Assembly: GCA_030704615.1 (NCBI GenBank)
Contig: JAKLZA010000194.1
Span: 1 to 10,000 of the forward strand
Origin: Takakia lepidozioides
Taxonomy: Eukaryota; Plantae; Bryophyta
Direction: 5' to 3'
DNA: 10,000 nt
A program made the translations under genes and the position numbers. The notes below the pieces were generated by a model, which did not search any database, had not been told where the DNA came from, and saw only the letters and a list, made by a program, of their open reading frames with translations. This document shows positions 1-9,164 of this stretch, one piece after another. Numbering within the stretch: position 1 is the first letter of the stretch; each line of letters starts with the position of its first letter.

Positions 1-2
1 AA

Positions 3-617
3 CTGGCATATTACTTCAGCCAAAGTCCCTTCATTACTCTGCATGTCTGCAGCTTCTTTCTTCCCTTCATCCTCACTCACTTCCTCTTCTCCATCAGAAT
101 CAGAGGAATCTGCCATAGGAATATCAGTACTCTTGTGCATTTCCCTTATGGTATATGCCACTTCCTTGTGCAGTTCCTTCTCATCTCTCCAAGCCTCATC
201 ATCTTCAGGCACATCACGACCATCTTCATTATCATCATCTTCCTCAACCACTGGAGGTATTAGTTTGGCTTTGCTTCTTGTTACTATCATTGTACTTACT
301 TCTGGTACAACACATGGCCTAACCATGTGAGCTGCCACCACTGGGCCCTCATTCACAGGAGCTCTCATCTCATTATGGTGTCTAATCCAGAATGAACAGG
401 CTGCCTTGCGATGTCCTGGCTGATTACAATAGTAACACAGTTCTTCACCATTGGGTCCTCGCCCTTGGTCTGTTCTAGGATTATTTCTGTAATCCTGATT
501 AATTGGCTGGTAATTCCCCCTTGGATTACCCTGATAGTTGGCCCTGGAATTTCCTTGGTAATTCCCTCTTGGATTACCTCTCCCTTCCATACCATTGTTA
601 TAACCACCACGCCTACC
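3..617 (-). pseudogene. 5'-truncated Gag-like ORF of an LTR retrotransposon (CCHC zinc knuckle followed by an acidic linker), running off the left edge
   Basis: Manual translation of a minus frame absent from the ORF track: GRRGGYNNGMEGRGNPRGNYQ...GEEL-CYYCNQPGHRKAAC-SFWIRH...MIVTRSKAK...EEDDNEDG... It is open to the window edge. The C-x2-C-x4-H-x4-C knuckle is at 396-437, after an RG/NQ-rich tract. The upstream in-frame TAG (627-629) lies inside the left inverted repeat. Confidence 0.8.
507..578 (-). repeat. 3 x 24-bp coding tandem repeat (GNPRGNYQ / GNSRANYQ / GNPRGNYQ) in the Gag-like ORF
   Basis: Units at 507-530, 531-554 and 555-578; units 1 and 3 differ at only 2 positions. Confidence 0.8.
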
Positions 618-625
618 AGGGGGCT

Positions 626-656
626 GCTATTTCATGAGCGGCATGAGCATGAGCGG
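626..656 (+). repeat. Left terminal inverted repeat
   Basis: GCTATTTCATGAGCGGCATGAGCATGAGCGG; the first 14 and last 10 nt are identical to the reverse complement of 9756-9786. Confidence 0.8.
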
Positions 657-691
657 AAAAAAAAAATGAGGCATGGCCGAATTGTGTCCAC

Positions 692-722
692 GGAAATAGG
701 GTTAGGAGGCAGGAAATAGGGT
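692..722 (+). repeat. Subterminal direct repeat GGAAATAGGGT x2
   Basis: Copies at 692-702 and 712-722; contains GAAATAG, the reverse complement of CTATTTC in the TIR. Confidence 0.55.
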
Positions 723-1544
723 CATGTGGACTCGTCATAGCAATGAAATGCAACATTTTATTGCAAATTTGGTGGCAAGCCACGTCTATACAAGTGTGTC
801 CTAACTGTCATAGCAGGAATGGGAACTACTCTCCTACACCTTCCAAGGAACTTGGCCCTCCTTCTTCCTCATCCCCCTCATCCCCCCCATCCTCCGAGCT
901 CTGTGATGCATCGGTTGCAGTATGCCTCTCAAAAATGCCGTCCTCTCCTTGGGGGACTGTCCACCTCACCTCCTGGGAATCTTCTGCCTCTCTCCCCACT
1001 TTCCTCAGCAGAATCCAAGACAAATCTACGAGCCCGACGGGCTCTAATAGCTGCTGCCTCCTCCCTCATCTTCATTTTCTTGAGGCTTGCCTCGTCTAAA
1101 ATCTGCTGTACACGACTAGGTTCGGAACACCTCCTAATGGACACCGAAGCAAGCCGGGCAGCATAAGTAGGAAGGATGTAGTCCCTTTCTGGACTAGGCA
1201 TGAAATCCCCCTGGCAAAAAAAGGCACGTTCCTCCTGCCCATGAACTCCGGTGTAGACGTCCCTCCTGCCGTACTTGGCATCCTACAGTAAGAACAAATC
1301 CACTTCAAGAATGTCAATACCAGCAGAAGCAGAAAGGGTTTTCAATGAAATAAGGGAGGTGCCTCACGAAATCTGGAGGCAACTTACAATGCGACCACTC
1401 ACTCGTACACCGGGGGCTCCTCGGCCTCGATCCCAACTTGTTCCTCCCCCTGCTCCTTCTCGGATTTTTCCTCATCCTCCGAGGATGCCTCTTCCTCTTT
1501 CGGCAGACGTTCAGCCGCTGCAAGTTCCGAGTTGTGGAGGGCAG

Positions 1545-2320
1545 TATCTGGCTCGAAGGCGAACACATGCCTGTCGGACAACGTCCCTGCCCACATTGAA
1601 GCACCTGAGGAACAAAGCGGGCGGTTAATAGCTTGCGGCATGCAATTGCAATCGGGCCAGGGGACAAACTGAGCACGTGAAGGCTTACCCGTGCCGCATG
1701 TGAGGTCCAGAATCCGCCCTTGGACATCCGAGCACGTCTCCATGAGGGTTTGGATGAAAGCAGGGTTCCGGGTCCGGCTGTACCGCCATGGTTTGCCTGT
1801 CTTTGTGTCCTTTCGGCATACTGGAGTGGGGCACATAGTTGTAGAGGACATCGTAGGTAACAGGGTCCACAGCGGCATCAACAAGACGACCGTCGTTGCG
1901 GAATTTGAACGTAGACCCTCTCTTCACAAAGCAATATGCCTCAAACACCAATGTCTGCACATCCAACAAAATAGGGATCAACTCCGGGATCTTGTTTAGA
2001 TACACCACAATATGAGGTGAATGCAATAGATTGATAACTTACACTTTGGCCCTCTTTCGCAACCCCTGTGTATTGATGCAGAACCATTTTCTGAGGAGGA
2101 CCGGGGTGACACTTTTCGGTGTCCACCTTGCCACCGCATTCTCTGTGGTCTTCCCTCTTGTGGCAAGGACAACCACACATCCACCGTCATCCAGAAGCAT
2201 CCCCGCCAGCCCAAACCCTGGCTTTCCAGTAGTCCTCAGTAAACCTGTTCCAGGTGGGCACACCATCCAGGCCCTCCAGCACTCCCCATCTGGAATGTCG
2301 AGGAGAATCATGTCGCAAGC
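1545..2320 (-). other. Beta-class amino (N4-cytosine / N6-adenine) DNA methyltransferase-like domain
   Basis: Motif IV-like CDMILLDIPDG (DIPD at 2288-2299). It is followed, after frame correction, by ...PTWNRFTEDYWKAGFGLAGMLLDDGGCVVV, resembling 'W..Y...RVLKPGG'. Then come motif X-like RTRNPAFIQTLMETCS and motif I GRILDLTCGT|GASMWAGTLSDRHVFAFEPD after removing the 84-nt intron 1605-1688 (cf. canonical VLDPFxGSGTT..AA..LGR..IGIE). Catalytic motif before SAM motif is the beta order. Confidence 0.75.
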
Positions 2321-3180
2321 TCTCTCCACCTCAACCCCCCCCCCCGAGTGCTCTTGCAATCCGTGCTCACAGCCGTGAAGAATTCCATCATGGCTTCAAA
2401 ACCAGGGGTGTCTTTAGGCTTCTGTACCGGCAGCCCTCTTCTTGGCTTTCCCCTTTGCTCCGCCAGAGACTTGTTGTGTGCCACCTTCTTCGCCCTGGCA
2501 GCGAGAGCGTCAAGGAAGCTCTCATTGACGCATTGGATGATGGTTGGAGGTTCTAGCTTTGGCCTGTGCGTAAACGTCGCCGCCGAATACCGCCGTGTAG
2601 GCTCGCCCTCAAATGCCAACTTCTTGGCAGAGCCAGTCCCACTCCGAACTGACTTGGGAACCCGGACGACCGGTGACTGGGTAGTAGCAACAGCAGTCGC
2701 AGGACCTTGAACAAAGTCGTCATCCGAGTCACTCTCTTGGGTCCCCTCCTGCGCCTGCTCCAATGCCCCGATGGTTTTCTGTTTTTTGGGTGTTACTGCA
2801 CTCACCTGTTTCCTTGTCCTTTTCTTTTGGCCTTTACTCTTCTCATTCAATTTCTCCTGAATTCCTGCCTGAGCAAGCTCTGCCGCTTTCCTGGAGTTCG
2901 CAATTGCTTTTGCCTCTTTTGCACCCAGCGGAGGCAAGCCCGGTTTCGTCGGGCCTCAGCATCCAGCTTCAATTGAAACTCGGATGGGTCGAGCATGCCG
3001 GGCGGAAGGTCCACATACCAAGGGCAATCACGCAAATGTTCCAGATGCCACTCCTTCACAATATCGTCAGTGTACATGGAGTCAGCCCCAGGGTTCCTCC
3101 ATGCCAGGAAGAATGGTGGCTCGAAAGACAAATGACCTTTCTCCAAAAGGGAGAACTTGCAGTGAAAAACACAATGAGGT

Positions 3181-4049
3181 CCCTGAACTGCAAATTCGGC
3201 ACCATTTTCCCAGGTTGGGGCGGATCTGAGTGGGCCTAGAAATGGAAAAATGGCGCCGAATTTCGGTTTTCGGTGACTGCCACCCTAGGGACTTAGCCAT
3301 CTTGGGAGCCCTGAATTGGAAATTCGGCGCCATTTTTCCCGGTTTGGCCCGAAGATGGCTAAGTCCCAGAACGGCAATAGGGCCTAGAAATGGAAAAATG
3401 GCGCCGAATTTCCAGTTCAGGGCCAGCCACCCTACGGACTTTGCCATTTTTGGAGCCCTGACTGGAAATTCGGCGCCATTTTCTCAGGTCCGGCCCGAAA
3501 ATGGCTTTGTCCCAGAACGGCAATAGGGCCCAGAACTGGAAAAATGACGCCGAATTTCCAGTTCAGGGCCAGCCACCCTAGGGACTTGGCCATTTTTGGA
3601 GCCCTGACTGGAAATTCGGCGCCATTTTCCCAGGTCCGGCCCGAATATGGCTAAGTCCCACAAGGGCAATAGGGCCCAGAACTGGAAAAATGGCGCCGAA
3701 TTTCTAGTTCAGGGCCAGCCACCCTAGGGACTGGGCCATTTTCGGAGCCCTGACTGGAAATTCGGCGCCATTTTCCCAGGTCCGGCCCGAAAATGGTTGT
3801 CCCACAAGGGCAATAGGGCCCATAACTGGAAAAATGGCGCCGAATTTCCAGTTCAGGGCCAGCCACCCCAGGGACTTAGCCATTTTCGGAGCCCTAACTG
3901 GAAATTCGGCGCCATTTTTCCAGGTCCGGCCCGAAAATGGCTAAGTCCCATATGGCCTTGACCTGGAAAAATGGCGCCGAATTTCCAGTTCAGGGCCAGC
4001 CACCCTAGGGACTTGGCCATTTTCGGAGCCCTGATCTGGAAATTCGGCG
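3181..4049. repeat. Intronic tandem array, ~146-bp unit, ~6 copies, each with an internal ~30-bp inverted repeat
   Basis: TGGCGCCGAATTT (one copy TGACGCC) begins at 3251, 3399, 3545, 3691, 3835 and 3972 (spacing 148,146,146,144,137). Arm GGAAAAATGGCGCCGAATTTCCAGTTCAGGGC pairs with GCCCTGACTGGAAATTCGGCGCCATTTTCC. Confidence 0.95.
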
Positions 4050-5305
4050 AAAAATGCAAGGACTGTAAGGAAGGCATCGCGTATGTACCTGTACAGAAGG
4101 CGCATTGCTGCTTTGTCCGCGTTCGGCTGGTCGGTGAACTCGTGGCTCCGGCGGGCATGTGGTATCTCCCGAAAGAATAGGTCGATTTTGTAGAGCAGAA
4201 AGTACCTCGTCACATAGTCGCGTAGGCTCTCTGCTGCAGGAGAAATCTCCATCTTGAACTGATGTGCTTGTGTGTCCAACTGCTCTTGCGCATTCGTCGT
4301 CACCTGTGGAGATTCTCCATCAGATCGCATTGCTGAAAAAATACAATGAATCCACCCCCTACAAGAGTAGAAGCGCCAAACGAAGCGTGGGGAAGTACCT
4401 GAAACCACCATGTCATGCGGTTCATCCACATGTCGAATGTGGGGTCAGACAGTTTGTCCGGTTTGGGGAAGCTCCACATGTCCCTTGTACTTTGGGAACC
4501 ATTCCAGATTTGGAGCCACCGGGTCTGTCCAACCACCCAGCATATTCGTAAGCGCCAAACACCACAAAAACGAGTTGTTGCCACCACAATTTGGTTAAGA
4601 ATGTATCACCTTTTCTGCACCATCCACACAGGATGTGGCTAGACGATGGAGCTTCTCCAATGTCATCGTGGGCTTCAGAGCACGGGAGTAGTGCTTCCCC
4701 ACCTCCACCAGAAAGTCGGCACCAAGGGCGGGATCAACTATGGCGACTTACTTTACCATCCGCGACTTGTACTTTATGCAGGCCTTGGCTTCCGCAGCTT
4801 TGAGATACAATTCGAGTGCCGGGAGGGTTAGATTCTTCTCCTCTGACTCCATGTAGAACCTCCGCGCATGTGCCAAATCCTGCTGAATTTTGTCTGTCAA
4901 GAATGCGCACATAAGATTAGAGATCCTGCTCAACACTTTTTCTTCTATTGGGGGAGGAGAGGCAGATTAGCTCAACAAAACAGTCAGGAGCTTTACCCAA
5001 AATATGTAGTCCACCATGGCGTCCATGCTCAGCCTATACCAGGTTCTGTCTGCCTTTGCCTCCGACTTGCGCAGGAGGTCGGCACTGAGCAAATTGGCAA
5101 ACTCTTGCACCCCCTGCTTCCCGACATCCTTCACTCGGAAGAGCATATGGGACAAGTTGGTGGCAATGAAGGCATTCTCAGTCACCCTGCAATGCCACAT
5201 TTCCATCAAACAATTCTGAACTGGGAATTTACAACAAATATGAGGATTCGCAATGAAATGACTTACAATCGGATGGGTCCAAAAGCAAGAGGCGTTGTAA
5301 CTTAC

Positions 5306-5750
5306 GAGTTGATGTCCGCCATTGCAGCTTTGAGAAGATTGCGATCTTTGGGCCCCGCAACCTTCAGCACAACACACTCCACGGCGAAATGCCAATCGAG
5401 GTCGTTGGGGTGGGCTTCGGCTATGTGCTCCATCCATGCCAGGAGGCGATGATTGCCGTCCCACACGTCAAACATCTTTCCGGACAAGTGCTGGAAAAGA
5501 GGATCAGTAACAATCGATCTCTCGAACTCCTCATTTCGCCTTTGCCAATGGGGACCCCATTTGTCCACCTCATCGGAAGTGTGGGCACGGGAAGCTCTGT
5601 GGTCGTTCTCAATGGAAACGTAAAACGCAGCAGACCCCATTCGATATCCATCCCGGACAGAGAATTTCAGCTTGTCGATATCGCCTGGGAGGGCAGGTCT
5701 CACCACCTGCAAAGACACCAAGCGGCAAAGGGGAATTCGAAGCTTGGCCA
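5306..5750 (-). other. ParB/Sulfiredoxin-like domain
   Basis: IPLCRLVSLQVVRPALPGDIDKLK..GY.....FYVS...MFDVWDGNHRLLAW; a hydrophobic strand then DGNHR (5446-5460) matches the ParB/Srx 'hhDGxHR' signature. N-terminal 'IP..RL.....R' also fits. Confidence 0.7.
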
Positions 5751-6831
5751 GGTACACCATGCCCCCCAACACCCTGCCAATGTTGCTATGGGTTGCCTCC
5801 AACATCTTGGCAGCGGCCAACTTCATATCCGCCTCCGACATGACGTCTGCTGCAGAGGGGTTCTCCGGCAGCCCACCAGGACCGCCAAATCCAGCCTGTA
5901 TGCTGCGGGTTTGGGGCCTGGGGATGTCCGGGAGGATGTCATCCTGGTCAGAAAGCTCGGTGTCATCCTCCTCAACATGGTGAACCACCGGCGAAACCAC
6001 CTCGAGCACTCTCCCTGTCTCTACTGCCATCTCCCCGGCTTCACCTCGAACTTGCACAATCCGTGCTCTTTGTGGTGTTCTTTCCTCTCCTCCACTCTCC
6101 ACCGTATGGGTAATTGCGGGGGCTGCTCTTGTCCGCGATGGTGTAACCGGTGTGTTACTGCCTCTTTGTGGTGTCTTGGAGGGATCCACCGTCTCTGTGC
6201 GTCCCTCGCTTACATTGGCATCTGTCATTTGGGCACCCCTGGCCTCTTCAGTGGCCTTTTCTCTTTCCTCCTGGCTAGCCTTCTGTCTCGCCTGTTCTTT
6301 TGCCCTCTCTTTTGCCCTCTCACGGGCTTTCTGTTTCTTACTAGGGCTAGCAGCAGGGGAGCCTGGATAGACGACCACCTTTGATTGAGGCGAACTGACA
6401 CCCTCGCGCGCACTGCTCACTCCCCCCTCCGCAGCCCGTGACGACTCTCTCGCCGGGGATTGCATGTGCTTAGCTTTCTTCTTCTTCTTTGCGTGGGCGG
6501 GCCCTACTGCATGTGCATCAACAACCTCCATTGCCGGATCTGCTGTCCTCACGTCCTCACGCCCTTCACCTGCCATGCCGACTGCACCAACCTCCCCAAT
6601 GCCTATTCTGTCGTACCCTCGCTGCAGGTCCTCCCGTCCACCAACAAAAGGTTGAAGTTTGCCCTCTCGCCCCAAGTTGGGCGATTCAAACATGCGATGA
6701 GTTGGAGCGGTCGATGATACCACCAGCGTGTCGGGCTCGTCGTCACTCTGTCATTCCCAAAATTGTCAGAACCAACATCGGTGCCAAAACCAACATCGCA
6801 ACGAGCAACGCAACCACCATAGCAACAATCG

Positions 6832-6898
6832 TGGAACAACAATGAAAACAAGACAAGTTTAGGAAGTATGGAGTGCCATGGAACAACAATGAAAACAA
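6832..6898 (+). repeat. 20-bp exact direct repeat TGGAACAACAATGAAAACAA x2, probably intronic or UTR
   Basis: Copies at 6832-6851 and 6879-6898. Confidence 0.7.
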
Positions 6899-7639
6899 AT
6901 CCAACCAATGCCTAAGAATGATATGCACAAGCAGCCTTCTCCAGAGCTGCCGGCTTTGCACACGCATTGCAAACTATCTAAGGTTCACTCAACCGGTAAT
7001 ATGAAACACGATGAACAAATGATCAGGAATTCCATAAGACGGGAAAACAGGGTGAAATGTTTTGAAGGCACTTCATCTTCTCAGCTCAGCATGGATTTCC
7101 TTAATTTTTAACCACTCAGACCTTGATCATTCTTCGCAACAGCTGCTGCTTTTGCGATGCAGCCATACGCTTCCAACGATGCCAGGATGAAGATGCAAAA
7201 ACAAAGCGAAACAACAAAGCGAAAGCGAAAGCAGAAGTGGCTTGCCTGAGAGTACTCGGCTTCAGTTGGCGCGGGTTGTGAGCAAGACACTGGAATCTCC
7301 TGCTGGAGCTTAAGTTTGGCCATGCGAGAGATTGGCCGTCGTCCGTAGTACAAAGCTTTCAACTTCCGCCGCGGTCTGGATGTGAGGTCTCTCTCAGGAG
7401 AGCCACGCCCTTCAGGCGGCATAAGTCCCAGCCAAAATGGAAAAAAATCTCAGTTTTTTGGGGTACATGCCTCGAATAGAAGTTAATCCAAGATTAGCAT
7501 CAGATTTAGGGTACGTATCGAGGAAGCCATGTGTCGCCAGCCCGAATAAAAATGGACGGCGGTGGACATTTAATGCCCAACTACGCAATTAAATGTCGGA
7601 TAAAGCCCTCCCTGTCGGATGAAATATGACGCAACTTGG

Positions 7640-8082
7640 CCCGGAATTTCCAACGTAGAGGTAATTCGAAGCGCAGCAGAATAGAATTCCGGCGCCGGAT
7701 TTCCATCCTGCAGGTAATTCAGAGCGCGGATGGATGGAAATCCGGCGCCGGATTTCCATCCGCCAGGTACGGCGGCGCGCAAAATTTCCGTCATGCAGGT
7801 AATTCGGAGAGCGGCAGGATGGAAATTCAGCGCCGAATTTCCATCCTGCCAGGTAGGGCGTCGCGCGAAATTTCTGTCACGCAGGTAATTCGGAGCCAGA
7901 TGGATGGAAATCCGGCGCCGGATTTCCATCCTACCAGGTAGGGCGGCGCGCGAAATTTCCGCCACGCAGGTAATTCGGAGCGGATGGATGGAAATCCGGC
8001 GCCGGATTTCCATCCTGCCAGGAAGGGCGGCGCGCGAAATTTCCGCCACGCAGGTAATTCGGAGCCGGATGGATGGAAATCC
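7640..8082. repeat. Tandem array, ~85-bp unit, ~5 copies, each with a 30-bp palindrome GGATGGAAATCCGGCGCCGGATTTCCATCC
   Basis: Perfect palindromes at 7732-7761, 7902-7931 and 7986-8015; imperfect copies near 7680-7708 and 7817-7846; a half copy at 8071-8082. The sequences between palindromes are also near-identical. Confidence 0.95.
7863..8039 (-). promoter_or_regulatory. Three canonical E2F-type sites (TTTCGCGC) within the array between the divergent genes
   Basis: GCGCGAAA on + at 7863-7870, 7948-7955 and 8032-8039. This is a motif match only, with no functional evidence. Confidence 0.3.
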
Positions 8083-9006
8083 ACAGGGCACGTGCCCGAG
8101 GAACATACCGAGCCATCTGTAGTAACGCAGTACAACATACCCATTGTGGAGACAAGAGTGTCGGAGTCACAGTGGAGAATTGCAAGGACATTGCCGGCAT
8201 TTCGAGGGAAGTGCTGCGCCATTCGGGTGGATACGAGAGCACGCTGTGGTGAGATGATTTGGAGGAACTCACACGGTGTTGTACCTGCACCTTGTTTCAG
8301 CGACAGATTTTTGACTCTCACATTTGCTCACGCCACAACGCAGACATTTTGGTTCTGTAGGCACGACATAATGACCTGTGTATTTGGCAAGCCCAAATAC
8401 GGGATTCAGGGAATGCCGGAGCCTCCGGGTGTCTGGCCTGTTGCACCGGGTTGCAGCCTCTCTCAGAATGAGGCGGATGCTCTATCTGCAGCAGGATTTT
8501 GTATGGTGCAACGCACAGACGTCCCGGCCCACGCATTTCCAGTTCCTCAGACCCAGCCATTGCAGACTGCTCGGTCCAGTAGAGACGGACTGGACAATTC
8601 TGCACATCCCACAATGCGATTCGGAAGAGTGAAGAGACGACACCCTCCCAACAAGTTGAATGAGACTCGGATTGCCAATGCTCTTGGGATGGCTTGCACT
8701 ATTCAGAGCTCCGTGGACGTACCTCCACCCGGCCTTGGGCGTGTTTATCGGATGGCAACGGCCGGCTCGGCTGTACGCGACGATGTATACACAATTACGA
8801 TTGGAGTGGAGCCGACTTGCAATTGTACGGACTTCTCGTTGATGGAAGCAAATAAGGGTTCAAAGTATTATCCGTGCAAGCATCTGTATTACATTTACCT
8901 GAAGAGGTTGAAGATGAACGTGACTATTGATGACTTTATTCATGCACCGGCGTTGAGCATGAACGAGCTGCACAAACTCCTCCTTAGGGATTCCAGAAAT
9001 CATTGA
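8083..9006 (+). CDS. SWIM zinc-finger protein with a Cys/Trp-containing N-terminal region; true start unresolved
   Basis: Uninterrupted frame (track ORF 7984-9006, whose first ~33 codons are repeat-derived). YTITIGVEPT-CNC-TDF-x13-CKH-LYYIY matches SWIM CxC-x16-CxH (8818-8883) with the typical upstream Y-x-V/I strand. Confidence 0.8.
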   Translation, partial: TGHVPEEHTEPSVVTQYNIPIVETRVSESQWRIARTLPAFRGKCCAIRVDTRARCGEMIWRNSHGVVPAPCFSDRFLTLTFAHATTQTFWFCRHDIMTCVFGKPKYGIQGMPEPPGVWPVAPGCSLSQNEADALSAAGFCMVQRTDVPAHAFPVPQTQPLQTARSSRDGLDNSAHPTMRFGRVKRRHPPNKLNETRIANALGMACTIQSSVDVPPPGLGRVYRMATAGSAVRDDVYTITIGVEPTCNCTDFSLMEANKGSKYYPCKHLYYIYLKRLKMNVTIDDFIHAPALSMNELHKLLLRDSRNH

Positions 9007-9164
9007 TGGGGCAAAGGGAATCCTCCATATGGATATTTTCAATTGCATTTTCATGTATCAGACTTTTTTTTTGCAGTGTAATGAAATGCACCCCAAAACT
9101 CCTGGAATGAGGCAATATTCCATTCAAACTGAGATCCAACAGAAGCAGTTGTGGGGCCATTTCT

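Larger units (their letters stand above)
826..7422 (-). pseudogene. Multi-exon gene for a large protein: disordered N-terminus, ParB/Srx-like domain, unknown helical region, basic linker, beta-class amino-DNA-methyltransferase-like domain, acidic tail. Disrupted in this copy or assembly.
   Basis: Proposed exons (minus): 7422-7246 (tentative, GC donor), 6747-5306, 5186-4997, ~4883-4610, 4524-4399, 4303-4089, 3136-~2043, 1954-1689, 1604-1403, 1282-826. GT..AG introns at 5305-5187, 4609-4525, 4398-4304, 4088-3137, 1688-1605 and 1402-1283 are phase-compatible and join protein-like ORF fragments from the track. The model needs about 8-9 single-base frameshifts and one TAA read-through. Confidence 0.7.

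Noticed and set aside
43-330. Ser-rich 95-aa plus-strand ORF (also 411-719)
   Set aside because: Antisense of the acidic/Gag-like minus frame.
3082-4180. Several ORFs with repeated peptides (MAPNFQ, KWRRIS, EIRRHFS); similar ones at 7570-8321 and 9029-9683
   Set aside because: They are translations of the palindromic repeat arrays and appear on both strands.
3136-5186. Middle exons as a possible DDE transposase or recombinase
   Set aside because: No DDE/RNase H, HUH or tyrosine-recombinase motif pattern is recognisable by eye; left as unknown pending a profile search.
5389-6384. 331-aa plus-strand ORF
   Set aside because: Antisense shadow of the ParB-like exon, with no recognisable motifs.
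826-6747. Prokaryotic restriction-modification or partition operon, or contamination
   Set aside because: Multiple spliceosomal introns, including one within the SAM motif, and the adjacent Gag-like sequence indicate a eukaryotic nuclear locus.
7640-8082. CRISPR-like appearance (30-bp palindromic repeats at regular spacing)
   Set aside because: The spacers are near-identical to each other, there are no cas genes, and the context is eukaryotic and intron-containing; it is a tandem repeat.
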